Of a stretch of DNA of 64,000 nucleotides, positions 49,502 through 57,479 are shown one piece after another. The stretch lies in IMG/VR virus record IMGVR_UViG_3300045974_000067, positions 5,714-69,713 of that record; one strand, 5' to 3'. Source of the DNA: a virus. The notes below the pieces were generated by a model that was given only the letters and a program-made list of their open reading frames with translations, did no database searches and was not told the origin of the DNA. Within the stretch, counting starts at the first letter, position 1; every line of letters starts with the position of its first letter. Position numbers and translations under genes: made by a program.

Positions 49502-50156
49502 TTTTTAACTCCTTAAGTTGACGTTTGATTAAGATTAAACAACGTTGTGCTACAATTAACTCCTTAGAAAAAGATATAAAAGGAGCAAATCTATTTTTCT
49601 TTAGCGAATTTATTACATAAAAATCTGGAAGTGCTGCTGCAACTTTATCAGAAGCTTCTTTAGTTTTCTTTTTGTAGCAAGGTGTACAAATTAAATCCTT
49701 CTTATTTAATGCTGTTGAAAGAAGTTCATTACATACTGTACATTTAAAAAATCCTTTCTTTTTTAATTTGCGTATTGCTACCCTTTCATTTGTATACCTA
49801 GGATCTTTCCTAGGCCTTCTTGGAGATACAAATTCCTTATATCTATTTAATCTATATAGCCTTTCACAATCTTTACAATAATGTCTTGCATACGTATATT
49901 TAACTTCTTTTACACTACAAGTATAAGTATTAAATAAGTTAATTGGTTTTAATATTTTACATTCAAAGCATTCTTTTTCTTCAGGGATAGCCTTTCTAGG
50001 CTTCTTAGGATTTTTAGGTTTTTGGGCATTTTCTTTTTTAATGCATTCTTTGCATCTACATACATGCCCTGTTATGCTTCTTTTATTTTTATGATAATTT
50101 TCCCAGGTTTTTGTTTCACCACATTTTGAACATTTTTTATAACGTGTAATCTCCAT
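49485..50156 (-). CDS. Basic multi-Zn-finger protein (repeated CxxC pairs)
   Basis: CSKC, CKEC, CFEC, CKDC, CTVC, CTPC; no recognisable HNH core. Confidence 0.7.
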   Translation of the reverse strand: MEITRYKKCSKCGETKTWENYHKNKRSITGHVCRCKECIKKENAQKPKNPKKPRKAIPEEKECFECKILKPINLFNTYTCSVKEVKYTYARHYCKDCERLYRLNRYKEFVSPRRPRKDPRYTNERVAIRKLKKKGFFKCTVCNELLSTALNKKDLICTPCYKKKTKEASDKVAAALPDFYVINSLKKNRFAPFISFSKELIVAQRCLILIKRQLKELKNESLR

Positions 50157-50177
50157 AATTAATCCTTAAAATTTTAA

Positions 50178-50211
50178 GCCCTCCAACCATCCCGAAGGAT
50201 AGCTGGAGGGC
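50178..50211 (-). terminator. Hairpin with C(UUCG)G loop
   Basis: GCCCUCCAGCUAUCC-UUCG-GGAUGGUUGGAGGGC. Confidence 0.7.
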
Positions 50212-50383
50212 GATTTGATTAAGGCAAAGGTGTAACCATTACATTACCAGTATTATACAAGGTCTTCCATGCAACACGCGCAGACTCAATATCCTGACAG
50301 ACTCGCTGGTTATAGATTTGAGTTTGTGCACTAGTACGGTAAATAATTATGATCATGATAAGTCCTTATGAGTTTTGAAGCTT

Positions 50384-50608
50384 TTATCGAAATAGGCTGG
50401 AGTGTAATGTTACAATTTGAAGCTTAGTATCGTACTCGTCTATATGAGGGCTATACTTACCATTCCAAGCCTTTTTATTTTCGAGTACAATAACTTCTCT
50501 TTCATCTACAGCAATAATGTCATTATACCCGTCTTCATAACCGGGTATAGCTACGATTGCATCTTGTGGCATTTTAAGCAAGTGTGATATAAGCTCAAGG
50601 ACTTTCAT
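50384..50608 (-). CDS. Small conserved-type phage protein
   Basis: MKV.ELI..L...PQD..V...GYE.GY.D pattern. Confidence 0.7.
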   Translation of the reverse strand: MKVLELISHLLKMPQDAIVAIPGYEDGYNDIIAVDEREVIVLENKKAWNGKYSPHIDEYDTKLQIVTLHSSLFR

Positions 50609-50811
50609 AATTATAACCTTTATTATCCCCTAAATTAAAGAAGCACTCAATTATATACCACGGTTGAAACTCTACTACTTTGTAATCGTACTCATTCATT
50701 TAATGTCTCCTCATTAAATAATTACAATCAATACTGCAATAGTTAAATTAATCATAGTTACTACTTTATCAATAGTCTTCATAATAGTGTCCTTATTAAA
50801 AGATTGTAAAT

Positions 50812-51270
50812 TTGTCACATATTCCTGCTCTACAGTGCAGTTTTTGGAGGCATACCTAGAATATGCAGACGCTCATACCCATGTGACCTGCGGTTGTTGG
50901 ACGTCTTGTCTTAATGTCTTTCTCTAGGATTAATACATTCTCCATGCAACTAAGTATGTGGCCTCTGTCTACTATCGATTCTTACCCATACTAGGGCGGT
51001 GCTACCGATAGAATAACAACAGCATACTTAATTGCACAGGCAATGTACTAGCTAAGTCAGATCACACCAATATACATGGTAGTGAACCATCACTTCGAGT
51101 TACTTGCGTCTCGCCCATAACAAACGTTATGTAGGTGGACATGAAGCAGCATGTCTAATATCCACTCGTCTATCTGCCTATAGACTCCTGATAATCTTTG
51201 GTAGCTAACCAATATCATATCGCCAGGTGGCTGCTGGATTTCTGCTTGTCGTATTTGAAATACTCCATCT
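50812..51270 (-). ncRNA. Candidate large structured non-coding RNA (~460 nt), class unknown
   Basis: No ORF of 60 aa or more; about 10 helices and several loop-loop complementarities read by eye. Confidence 0.65.
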
Positions 51271-51275
51271 ACTAT

Positions 51276-51590
51276 TTAACCTTCTCCTCGATACAAACAA
51301 CGCTCGTATACTTCAACAGGAGAGTAACCACCATTTCCATATACAAGCTTTACAAGTCGTCCTGCACGTAATGTAAGATGCTCAATTAAAGCACCATGAT
51401 CTTTATTAACATAGTTCTTAATAATATAATCATAGGCTTCATTTGCTGTAAGATTATTTGCATACATTCTATTAATCTGTACAGTATAGTCATAAGCACT
51501 TGAACAGATATGTTGATGTACAGCTTCATCTGCATGACAAGAAAATACAATAAACATTGAAGCTAAAAGTCCAATTAAGTATTTGCACAT
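51276..51590 (-). CDS. Exported protein, paralog of 51603-51932
   Basis: Signal peptide; QH.C.SA..Y...NY...G...R...VY...P..VYE.C shared. Confidence 0.7.
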   Translation of the reverse strand: MCKYLIGLLASMFIVFSCHADEAVHQHICSSAYDYTVQINRMYANNLTANEAYDYIIKNYVNKDHGALIEHLTLRAGRLVKLVYGNGGYSPVEVYERCLYRGEG

Positions 51591-51602
51591 GATTAGTATC
51601 CT

Positions 51603-51932
51603 TTATAGTTTAAATTGCCAAGTACATAGTTCGTAAACTTGTTGTGGTGTAGCATTAGTTTCATATACATAATTACCAATTCGAGGTGCATGCTCAGACA
51701 TTACATCTACCATACGACCTTGCTCAAGTAGTGCATAATTATTAACTACATAATTTACAGCAAGGTCTAATGGAACATCTTTAGACTTAAGTTCTGAAAA
51801 TACTGTAGCATAGTTAGCAGCACTAATACACATATGCTGCGTATCTGCGTCTACGACATCAACTGGTGCTACTGGAGTCATTGCTGTTGAAACTACAGTA
51901 TACGAAATAAAGCCAATTAGAAATTCTAACAT
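51603..51932 (-). CDS. Exported protein, paralog of 51276-51590
   Basis: Hydrophobic N-terminus; same two-Cys pattern; GGAG RBS. Confidence 0.7.
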   Translation of the reverse strand: MLEFLIGFISYTVVSTAMTPVAPVDVVDADTQHMCISAANYATVFSELKSKDVPLDLAVNYVVNNYALLEQGRMVDVMSEHAPRIGNYVYETNATPQQVYELCTWQFKL

Positions 51933-51961
51933 AATAGTCTCCGTAATAGTTTAGTATTTCG

Positions 51962-51982
51962 TATAAGATACTCTTATTTGCG
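51962..51982 (-). promoter_or_regulatory. Putative phage RNAP promoter, class B
   Basis: TATAAGATACTCTTATTTGCG, 1 mismatch to the 11613 copy. Confidence 0.8.
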
Positions 51983-52113
51983 CTATTGTCCAAGCACACG
52001 AACACAGTAAAAGAAACTGTTAGTTTGTCTACATTCAGTCCAAAGAGAATACTCAAAATAAACTACTAACCCTATTGCAAATAAAATAATAGTTACAGGT
52101 AGTATATAGTCTT

Positions 52114-52392
52114 TCATTTAACAACTTTCAAATGAGCCTCTTTGACAAGCTTAACAGAGTCAGTTGCTTCAATGAAGTATGTAGAACCAGTACGCATATT
52201 AACAATTAATGGTTTTCCAGCATTAAGACTATCTGATACAGTCTTTGAATTAAGGAGAAAATTAGCAGCTTTAACTCGCATATAAATATCACCATCATTA
52301 CGTCGAGTAAATATTTGCATTGTTTGTAAATCGCTTGCATTAATTCTTCCATCATCTACATCTTTACTGGTTTCAATTATTAATATGCTCAT
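52114..52392 (-). CDS. Hypothetical protein
   Basis: ORF track; AAGGA RBS. Confidence 0.65.
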   Translation of the reverse strand: MSILIIETSKDVDDGRINASDLQTMQIFTRRNDGDIYMRVKAANFLLNSKTVSDSLNAGKPLIVNMRTGSTYFIEATDSVKLVKEAHLKVVK

Positions 52393-52410
52393 GATTATTT
52401 ATCCTTTAAA

Positions 52411-52605
52411 TTACTTATCCCAGTTAATGTCAGGTTTAATATTAGGTATATTACGAACTTCCATAAACTCTTTTATAGCTTCTACAAGAGGTGCAGCATT
52501 ATGCTTATGTGACAATACTAATTTTCTCTTACGTGTAGTTAAGAATGCAGCAAAGTCATAGATTGCACCTAATGCTATTTGATAATCCTCTACTTTAGCT
52601 CTCAT
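52411..52605 (-). CDS. Hypothetical protein
   Basis: ORF track. Confidence 0.6.
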   Translation of the reverse strand: MRAKVEDYQIALGAIYDFAAFLTTRKRKLVLSHKHNAAPLVEAIKEFMEVRNIPNIKPDINWDK

Positions 52606-52892
52606 ACTTTTACTGCCTTAATGTGTCTAGTTTGAATTTCATGTTGAAAACTTTCCCAATCATTTCTATCTTCATAACTCCCAACAAGTAGTAAACGAAT
52701 ACCTGTTACACCTTTTAATTGGTATGGATAGTTTACAATTATTGTTTGTGCTCTTGATAATTCTCGAGATCGCATATATTCATAAGCTTCTTCATAATTT
52801 CCGCCTAATATGTAATTCATTTCTTCCTCATTTGAGTAATTAAATATACTTTTTAAAGTATACTTATTGCAATTTAATTTAATTAAATACAC
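52602..52892 (-). CDS. Hypothetical protein (start uncertain, possibly 52821)
   Basis: ORF track; internal GAGG RBS before MNYIL. Confidence 0.55.
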   Translation of the reverse strand: MYLIKLNCNKYTLKSIFNYSNEEEMNYILGGNYEEAYEYMRSRELSRAQTIIVNYPYQLKGVTGIRLLLVGSYEDRNDWESFQHEIQTRHIKAVKV

Positions 52893-52916
52893 TCCTCTTG
52901 AATGTACTTAATTAAT

Positions 52917-53053
52917 AACCCTACTCATAGAGTAGGGCTAGTAATCCGTGCCTCTTTTGAAAGTCTAAGCAATTGTGCGCACAATCGGTTAGGCTGTTTA
53001 AGGCCATCACGGTAGCCTTATTGGGTGGGCGGGTAGTTTACTAGCGCGAACGC
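52917..53053 (-). ncRNA. Candidate small pseudoknotted RNA with own promoter and 3' hairpin
   Basis: Starts at predicted +1 G of class B motif; GCG-UUCG-CGC hairpin; closing stem GCUAGUAA/UUACUAGC; loop CCGUG complementary to CACGG; 3' hairpin AGCCCUACUC/GAGUAGGGUU. Confidence 0.6.
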
Positions 53054-53054
53054 T

Positions 53055-53075
53055 TATAAGATACCCCGTTTAAAA
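53055..53075 (-). promoter_or_regulatory. Class B promoter, degenerate copy
   Basis: TATAAGATACCC core intact, distal half divergent. Confidence 0.55.
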
Positions 53076-53273
53076 TAAGCTTCTTAGGCTTTATTCCCAA
53101 AATCGTGTACGTTTATATAGATACTATATAGGCCGAGGAGTTAGCCATACCTATGGGCAGAAACGTACAAACCCTGATGAACCTCTAATAGTCTTTGATA
53201 ATAGAATTCGGTAATAGTATAGTAGAGCCATGCTCACTATAATAGAGGACAGGAGCATAGCTCGACTGTTCTA

Positions 53274-53834
53274 TTAAGCGGCCTTTGGTTCTGCAGCTGC
53301 CTTGTTTGCAGCACGTTCAGCTTGATACTTGGCAAGTGCTTCTGCCGCCTTCGGATTAACAGCACGCTTCTCGATACCAGCATTATAAGCAGCAAGAATA
53401 GCTTCTTGATTCTTAATAATCCATTTAGCTGCATTGTCATCGGCAAGCTTTGCCAGTGCTGCTTGAGTGGCTGCGGTCTTTTCTTCTTCAGTCATACGCT
53501 TAACACTAGGCCAACGGAATGAATCCATAATGGCTTGATGATTATCTTGCACAAACTTAAAGTTAATATCAGTGGATGCAACAATAGCGTCCAGAGCCTT
53601 TTGCAACTTCTTACGATCAGCTTTAGTAACACGAGCAACTACGCCAGCTTCAAATGCCTTGCAAATCTCATCCTCGTTCTCATACAAGAATTGTGCAAGG
53701 TTTGCATCACCACCAGAAATCTTACGCAAGGCAGCTTCAATTTGCGGCTTACGAAGATAGTCCCTAGCTTCAGCAGCAGTACGGAACACGGAACCATCCG
53801 GGGTAATAAAGCCAGATTGAATAACATTTGCCAT
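53274..53834 (-). CDS. Probably highly expressed conserved phage protein, function unknown
   Basis: F.TPDG.VF.T..EA.DY N-terminus; biased codons; preceded by both class A and class B motifs. Confidence 0.75.
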   Translation of the reverse strand: MANVIQSGFITPDGSVFRTAAEARDYLRKPQIEAALRKISGGDANLAQFLYENEDEICKAFEAGVVARVTKADRKKLQKALDAIVASTDINFKFVQDNHQAIMDSFRWPSVKRMTEEEKTAATQAALAKLADDNAAKWIIKNQEAILAAYNAGIEKRAVNPKAAEALAKYQAERAANKAAAEPKAA

Positions 53835-53879
53835 TTAAAATATCCTCAATAAAATGAAGGAATACATCATTGTATTCCT

Positions 53880-53900
53880 TATAAGATACCCTTATTTACG
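53880..53900 (-). promoter_or_regulatory. Putative phage RNAP promoter, class B
   Basis: TATAAGATACCCTTATTTACG; predicted +1 G (53878) opens hairpin GGAAUACA-AUGA-UGUAUUCC. Confidence 0.8.
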
Positions 53901-53957
53901 CAAAGGGATTTCGCAAGGTCTTCTTGGCTGACCTTGATAGCCTACTAACCAACGTGA

Positions 53958-53975
53958 TATCATTAATTTAACGGG
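53958..53975 (-). promoter_or_regulatory. Putative phage RNAP promoter, class A
   Basis: TATCATTAATTTAACGGG exact copy. Confidence 0.75.
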
Positions 53976-54089
53976 CTAGCCGACCTGCCAGGTTGCCATA
54001 TAGCGCAACGAAACAGGCCGACTGACACGCCACCCTAGACCAACCTACGGCCTCACAGCAGCCAAACGGCGACTACTGTGGCTAATCAA

Positions 54090-54479
54090 CTAAGCAAATA
54101 AAACATCCATTTTATGAGCTTGAGCAGATTGTAGCAGTTTTATTAGTAACACAAGTCGATCTTCTACGTACTCAGGTGATCTTCCAAACTCAATGAAATT
54201 ACCACTAGTTACAGTATTCTTTTGCAATTTTTTAGACAAAGATATTTTGTTCAGTATTGTAATAGCTCTCCTCAATACTATATCTACTTTTAGACAATCC
54301 CAACTACCGTATAATTCGTTGGCTTCTTTATGGCATCCTAACATTTCTAAAAAGTCTTTGGCATTTACATTTGACATATTTAATGAATAGAAGCCATCTG
54401 CAGGTACTGTTTCAAATTCACCTGGAGCGTATTCCTCTATTACTGTTGGTGCACCTACTATACTAAATGTTACAGACAT
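54090..54479 (-). CDS. Hypothetical protein
   Basis: LNMSNVNA...L..LG pattern; ORF track. Confidence 0.65.
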   Translation of the reverse strand: MSVTFSIVGAPTVIEEYAPGEFETVPADGFYSLNMSNVNAKDFLEMLGCHKEANELYGSWDCLKVDIVLRRAITILNKISLSKKLQKNTVTSGNFIEFGRSPEYVEDRLVLLIKLLQSAQAHKMDVLFA

Positions 54480-54664
54480 TACTCATCCTCCCTTAGCGGT
54501 ATTACTTCAATCATACCACTATCAAGAAATAATGACTGTCTGCCCTTACTAAGATTACAAAAATGAATACTTAGTAATTGGAAAGCTTCATCCAAATCAT
54601 CTGCTTCAAATACTGCATTTGCAATTATTCTAAAACGAATCTTGTTTATAGTCTTAGAAATCAT
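54479..54664 (-). CDS. Hypothetical protein
   Basis: ORF track; GGGAG RBS. Confidence 0.55.
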   Translation of the reverse strand: MISKTINKIRFRIIANAVFEADDLDEAFQLLSIHFCNLSKGRQSLFLDSGMIEVIPLREDE

Positions 54665-54675
54665 GATATACTCCC

Positions 54676-55518
54676 TTATATCATTGCTAATGGATGAGTT
54701 CTGGGTACAGTAAATCCAGATGCATGAAAATGACCACCACCTCCAAATTGTTCTGCAATCTTACTTACATCTACAGCATCAGGATTAAATCTATTAGATC
54801 TAAGACTAAAGATTCTACCATTAGGGCCATCACTATAACATGCAGCAAATGGTTCTTTTTCAGACATTATATTTCCTGCATCACTGGACATTGTATAAGG
54901 TAGACTCGCTACAGGGACAGTGTATCCAGCTACATCAATATAACGCTTGGTAGACTTTAGAAGCTCATGAATATCTTTAAAATGCTTTTTATCTATCATT
55001 GCACCGATAGAAATCATCTTATCAATATCACGCCTATTAGACTTTAGTAGTTTATCCCATATCTTAAAATCATACTCATATGTGAATAAATATGTACTAA
55101 TTTCCCTAGTGCCTTCTAACTCAAATCTCCATAGATCTCTATCTTGAATATGTTGCAACATCCTAGGAATAGCTTTATCACCATTCAAGAACTTCCAGGC
55201 AAGTACTGCACTTGAATGAAATAGATTACTATGAGAAATATTAAGACCATCTACTTCTAAGTCCCATAGATCTTCTAAAGCACTCTTATGATGATCTATT
55301 AGGATTACTGAATTAGCAGCTAATAGCATGCCTTTAACAATATCACGTTTGTAACTAAAGTCTACTAGATATACATCTCTACCAAGTACATCTGGAACAA
55401 CTCCTTGGTATGTACCTGGATAGTATTCGTATTCATCTTTAAATATTCTCCAGAAGACCCATGCACTTGAAAAACCATCTGCACAATTACTATGAAAGAT
55501 CACCAACGGCTTGCTCAT
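54676..55518 (-). CDS. DHH/DHHA1 family phosphoesterase
   Basis: H.NCADG, LVDFS, IDHHKS, DRDLW, FSLRS, DVSKIA..FGGGGH..ASGF. Confidence 0.92.
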   Translation of the reverse strand: MSKPLVIFHSNCADGFSSAWVFWRIFKDEYEYYPGTYQGVVPDVLGRDVYLVDFSYKRDIVKGMLLAANSVILIDHHKSALEDLWDLEVDGLNISHSNLFHSSAVLAWKFLNGDKAIPRMLQHIQDRDLWRFELEGTREISTYLFTYEYDFKIWDKLLKSNRRDIDKMISIGAMIDKKHFKDIHELLKSTKRYIDVAGYTVPVASLPYTMSSDAGNIMSEKEPFAACYSDGPNGRIFSLRSNRFNPDAVDVSKIAEQFGGGGHFHASGFTVPRTHPLAMI

Positions 55519-55810
55519 TACTTACCTCCCTCAAAGAAAGCCAACGATCCAACTTCTCTTTACTACCCCAACAATCACTTGGTGCATAATTATAAAAGAA
55601 AGCAGTATAGACAGGTATTAGCCATAAATTAGTATCATCTGCTGCTTGACATGCTCTTTTCAAATCATTACTAATAATAGCTGAAAGAAAGTCTCCTGGT
55701 GGAATATGCTTTTCAAGATACCTCATAATTCCACCATGCATAGACATTGGAATATACTTACCTTGAAAAGTAAATCTAATTAGCTTAGTATGCATGTCAT
55801 TAATGCTCAT
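55490..55810 (-). CDS. Hypothetical conserved-type phage protein
   Basis: RY....PGDFL.A..SNDL..A...AD..N....P..CWGS. Confidence 0.7.
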   Translation of the reverse strand: MSINDMHTKLIRFTFQGKYIPMSMHGGIMRYLEKHIPPGDFLSAIISNDLKRACQAADDTNLWLIPVYTAFFYNYAPSDCWGSKEKLDRWLSLREVSNEQAVGDLS

Positions 55811-56018
55811 ATTGTTTCTTTAATCTTTCTTGAATGTCAATAGCAATTTTATGCCAAATGCTTGGGTTAATAAATTGAGTAGCATCGTCTTTAGGTTCAG
55901 GTGTAGCTGCAACTTTTTCAGCATAGTACCTAATTGCTTCAATAATAAATGCTTGCTGAAGTGCTCCATACGGCGAAAACTTCATTAAATCAGCTACAAA
56001 CTCTTCATTATGTTTCAT
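55800..56018 (-). CDS. Hypothetical protein
   Basis: LM.FSPYGAL.QAFIIEAIR.Y pattern. Confidence 0.65.
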   Translation of the reverse strand: MKHNEEFVADLMKFSPYGALQQAFIIEAIRYYAEKVAATPEPKDDATQFINPSIWHKIAIDIQERLKKQYEH

Positions 56019-56239
56019 AGCTTCCTCTCATGTAGATGACAAATGCATAATGGATTTATTACTTTTTTCTTCATCATACATTTGCATATATTCCATCTGC
56101 CTATCCTAATGTATTTGCATGTGTTACAGCTAGCCCCGTTGTTTCTCTTTTCTATTAATTGAATGTATTTCTTAGCAGTCTCCTCTTGAACAATTAATTG
56201 GGTTGTATAACGATGCAAACCATCAAGAAACTTCCTCAT
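56015..56239 (-). CDS. Small Cys-rich hypothetical protein
   Basis: C.TC...C...C..H; start MRKF. Confidence 0.55.
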   Translation of the reverse strand: MRKFLDGLHRYTTQLIVQEETAKKYIQLIEKRNNGASCNTCKYIRIGRWNICKCMMKKKVINPLCICHLHERKL

Positions 56240-57017
56240 TATCTTCATCCAGGTAGCTATTGAGTTGTTCAAAGACATCAGCAAGGAATTCACCAAAGTC
56301 TACAGGTAATGCATCGTCATACTTTTCAGTATTTAGTAGATTTTTAAGATACATGGTATCAATACCCATCAATTGTTCTTTGAGATCCTTATATGTCTTG
56401 ATTTCAAGGCGAACAATGCTGAGTGCAATATGCATAATTGTACTGCCAGGAAGTTTGTAGCCACGATCACGGTACTTATTTGTTCTATATAATGCACATA
56501 TTGGATAGTGACTTTTTCCAAGGTATGTAAGTCGTTTCTTGGCAAGGTCTTGAAAGAATCTTTCACCAAATACAAACTCGTCATTTTGGAAGTCATATAA
56601 TCCTTGAGTAATTGTATAATCGAATGTGTCTAGAATATACTCTGGTTCTCCACAAAACTTAGTGATAAGTTGTACTGTCCAGATTTTACGACCATGCTTA
56701 CTTTGACGCTTAAAAGTTAAAGCATTAATAGACTTAAATGGTGGCTCTGATGGAAACCATCTAGCTAAAAATGTTGTTGCTGCAGGAATATCATTAACAT
56801 TCTTAATATAAAAATCTAGATCATTAATACGATTGTCTGTAAAGATACTATTAATAGCACCACCAGCAAGCATTAGACCTAGACTTTGTAGATCATGTAG
56901 AATACTACCTAGGTCTTCTTTCTCACCAAAGAGTTCTTTAATAAAGCCTCTCTTTTCAGGCCCAAAGAAAGTTTCTACTGTATCAATTACTTTTTGCTTC
57001 TCAATCAAATTATTCAT
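56223..57017 (-). CDS. Nucleotidyltransferase-superfamily protein (poly(A) polymerase/CCA-enzyme head-like)
   Basis: LAGGAI......INDLDFY and FDYTI motifs; R..KY..RGY. Confidence 0.75.
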   Translation of the reverse strand: MNNLIEKQKVIDTVETFFGPEKRGFIKELFGEKEDLGSILHDLQSLGLMLAGGAINSIFTDNRINDLDFYIKNVNDIPAATTFLARWFPSEPPFKSINALTFKRQSKHGRKIWTVQLITKFCGEPEYILDTFDYTITQGLYDFQNDEFVFGERFFQDLAKKRLTYLGKSHYPICALYRTNKYRDRGYKLPGSTIMHIALSIVRLEIKTYKDLKEQLMGIDTMYLKNLLNTEKYDDALPVDFGEFLADVFEQLNSYLDEDNEEVS

Positions 57018-57261
57018 CTATCTCATCCTCATCAAAATTGGAATAATCATCATCTGAATCACCATCTATCTTATAGGTCTTTACTAGTTCTTTTTCTGCA
57101 TGCTCACGAAGAATACTGTTCATACGATTTTCTGCATAGTGCTGTAAATTATGTTTTCTTAAGTTATAAAAGTCTACTTCAATTTCATTTAGTTTAGAGA
57201 GTATAGAAGCAGTACTTTCATTATCTCTGATGAGTCTACGTATTGCTTTGAAATTATTCAT
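57010..57261 (-). CDS. Hypothetical protein, acidic tail
   Basis: ORF track. Confidence 0.6.
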   Translation of the reverse strand: MNNFKAIRRLIRDNESTASILSKLNEIEVDFYNLRKHNLQHYAENRMNSILREHAEKELVKTYKIDGDSDDDYSNFDEDEIDE

Positions 57262-57478
57262 CTAAATTAATCTCCAATTGTTTTTCACGAAATTTAATAT
57301 ACTCTTCAAGTTGCTTTAAAACCCTTGCTTTGCTACCTTTAAAACCAAACTCTTCTTTTACAATACTATACGTAGATCTGCCATGACGCTGCATACCTGC
57401 TATTTCTAATTTCAATGCACCTTTTAATACATACAACCTAGCATGCCTTATATTTTCCTCACCTTCAATAACTGTCAT
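57254..57478 (-). CDS. Hypothetical conserved-type phage protein
   Basis: ALKLEI.GM...GRS.YSIVK.EFG.KGSK. Confidence 0.7.
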   Translation of the reverse strand: MTVIEGEENIRHARLYVLKGALKLEIAGMQRHGRSTYSIVKEEFGFKGSKARVLKQLEEYIKFREKQLEINLDE

Positions 57479-57479
57479 A

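Noticed and set aside
50812-51270. tmRNA, RNase P RNA, group I or group II intron identity for the large structured element
   Set aside because: No tRNA-like ends, no GAGGAAAGUCC, no P7/S pair, no GUGYG start or domain V found by eye, and no interrupted host gene
53160-53255. Hammerhead ribozyme (CTGATGA at 53174, plus strand)
   Set aside because: No GAAA closing stem II in the required position, and it lies on the apparently non-transcribed strand
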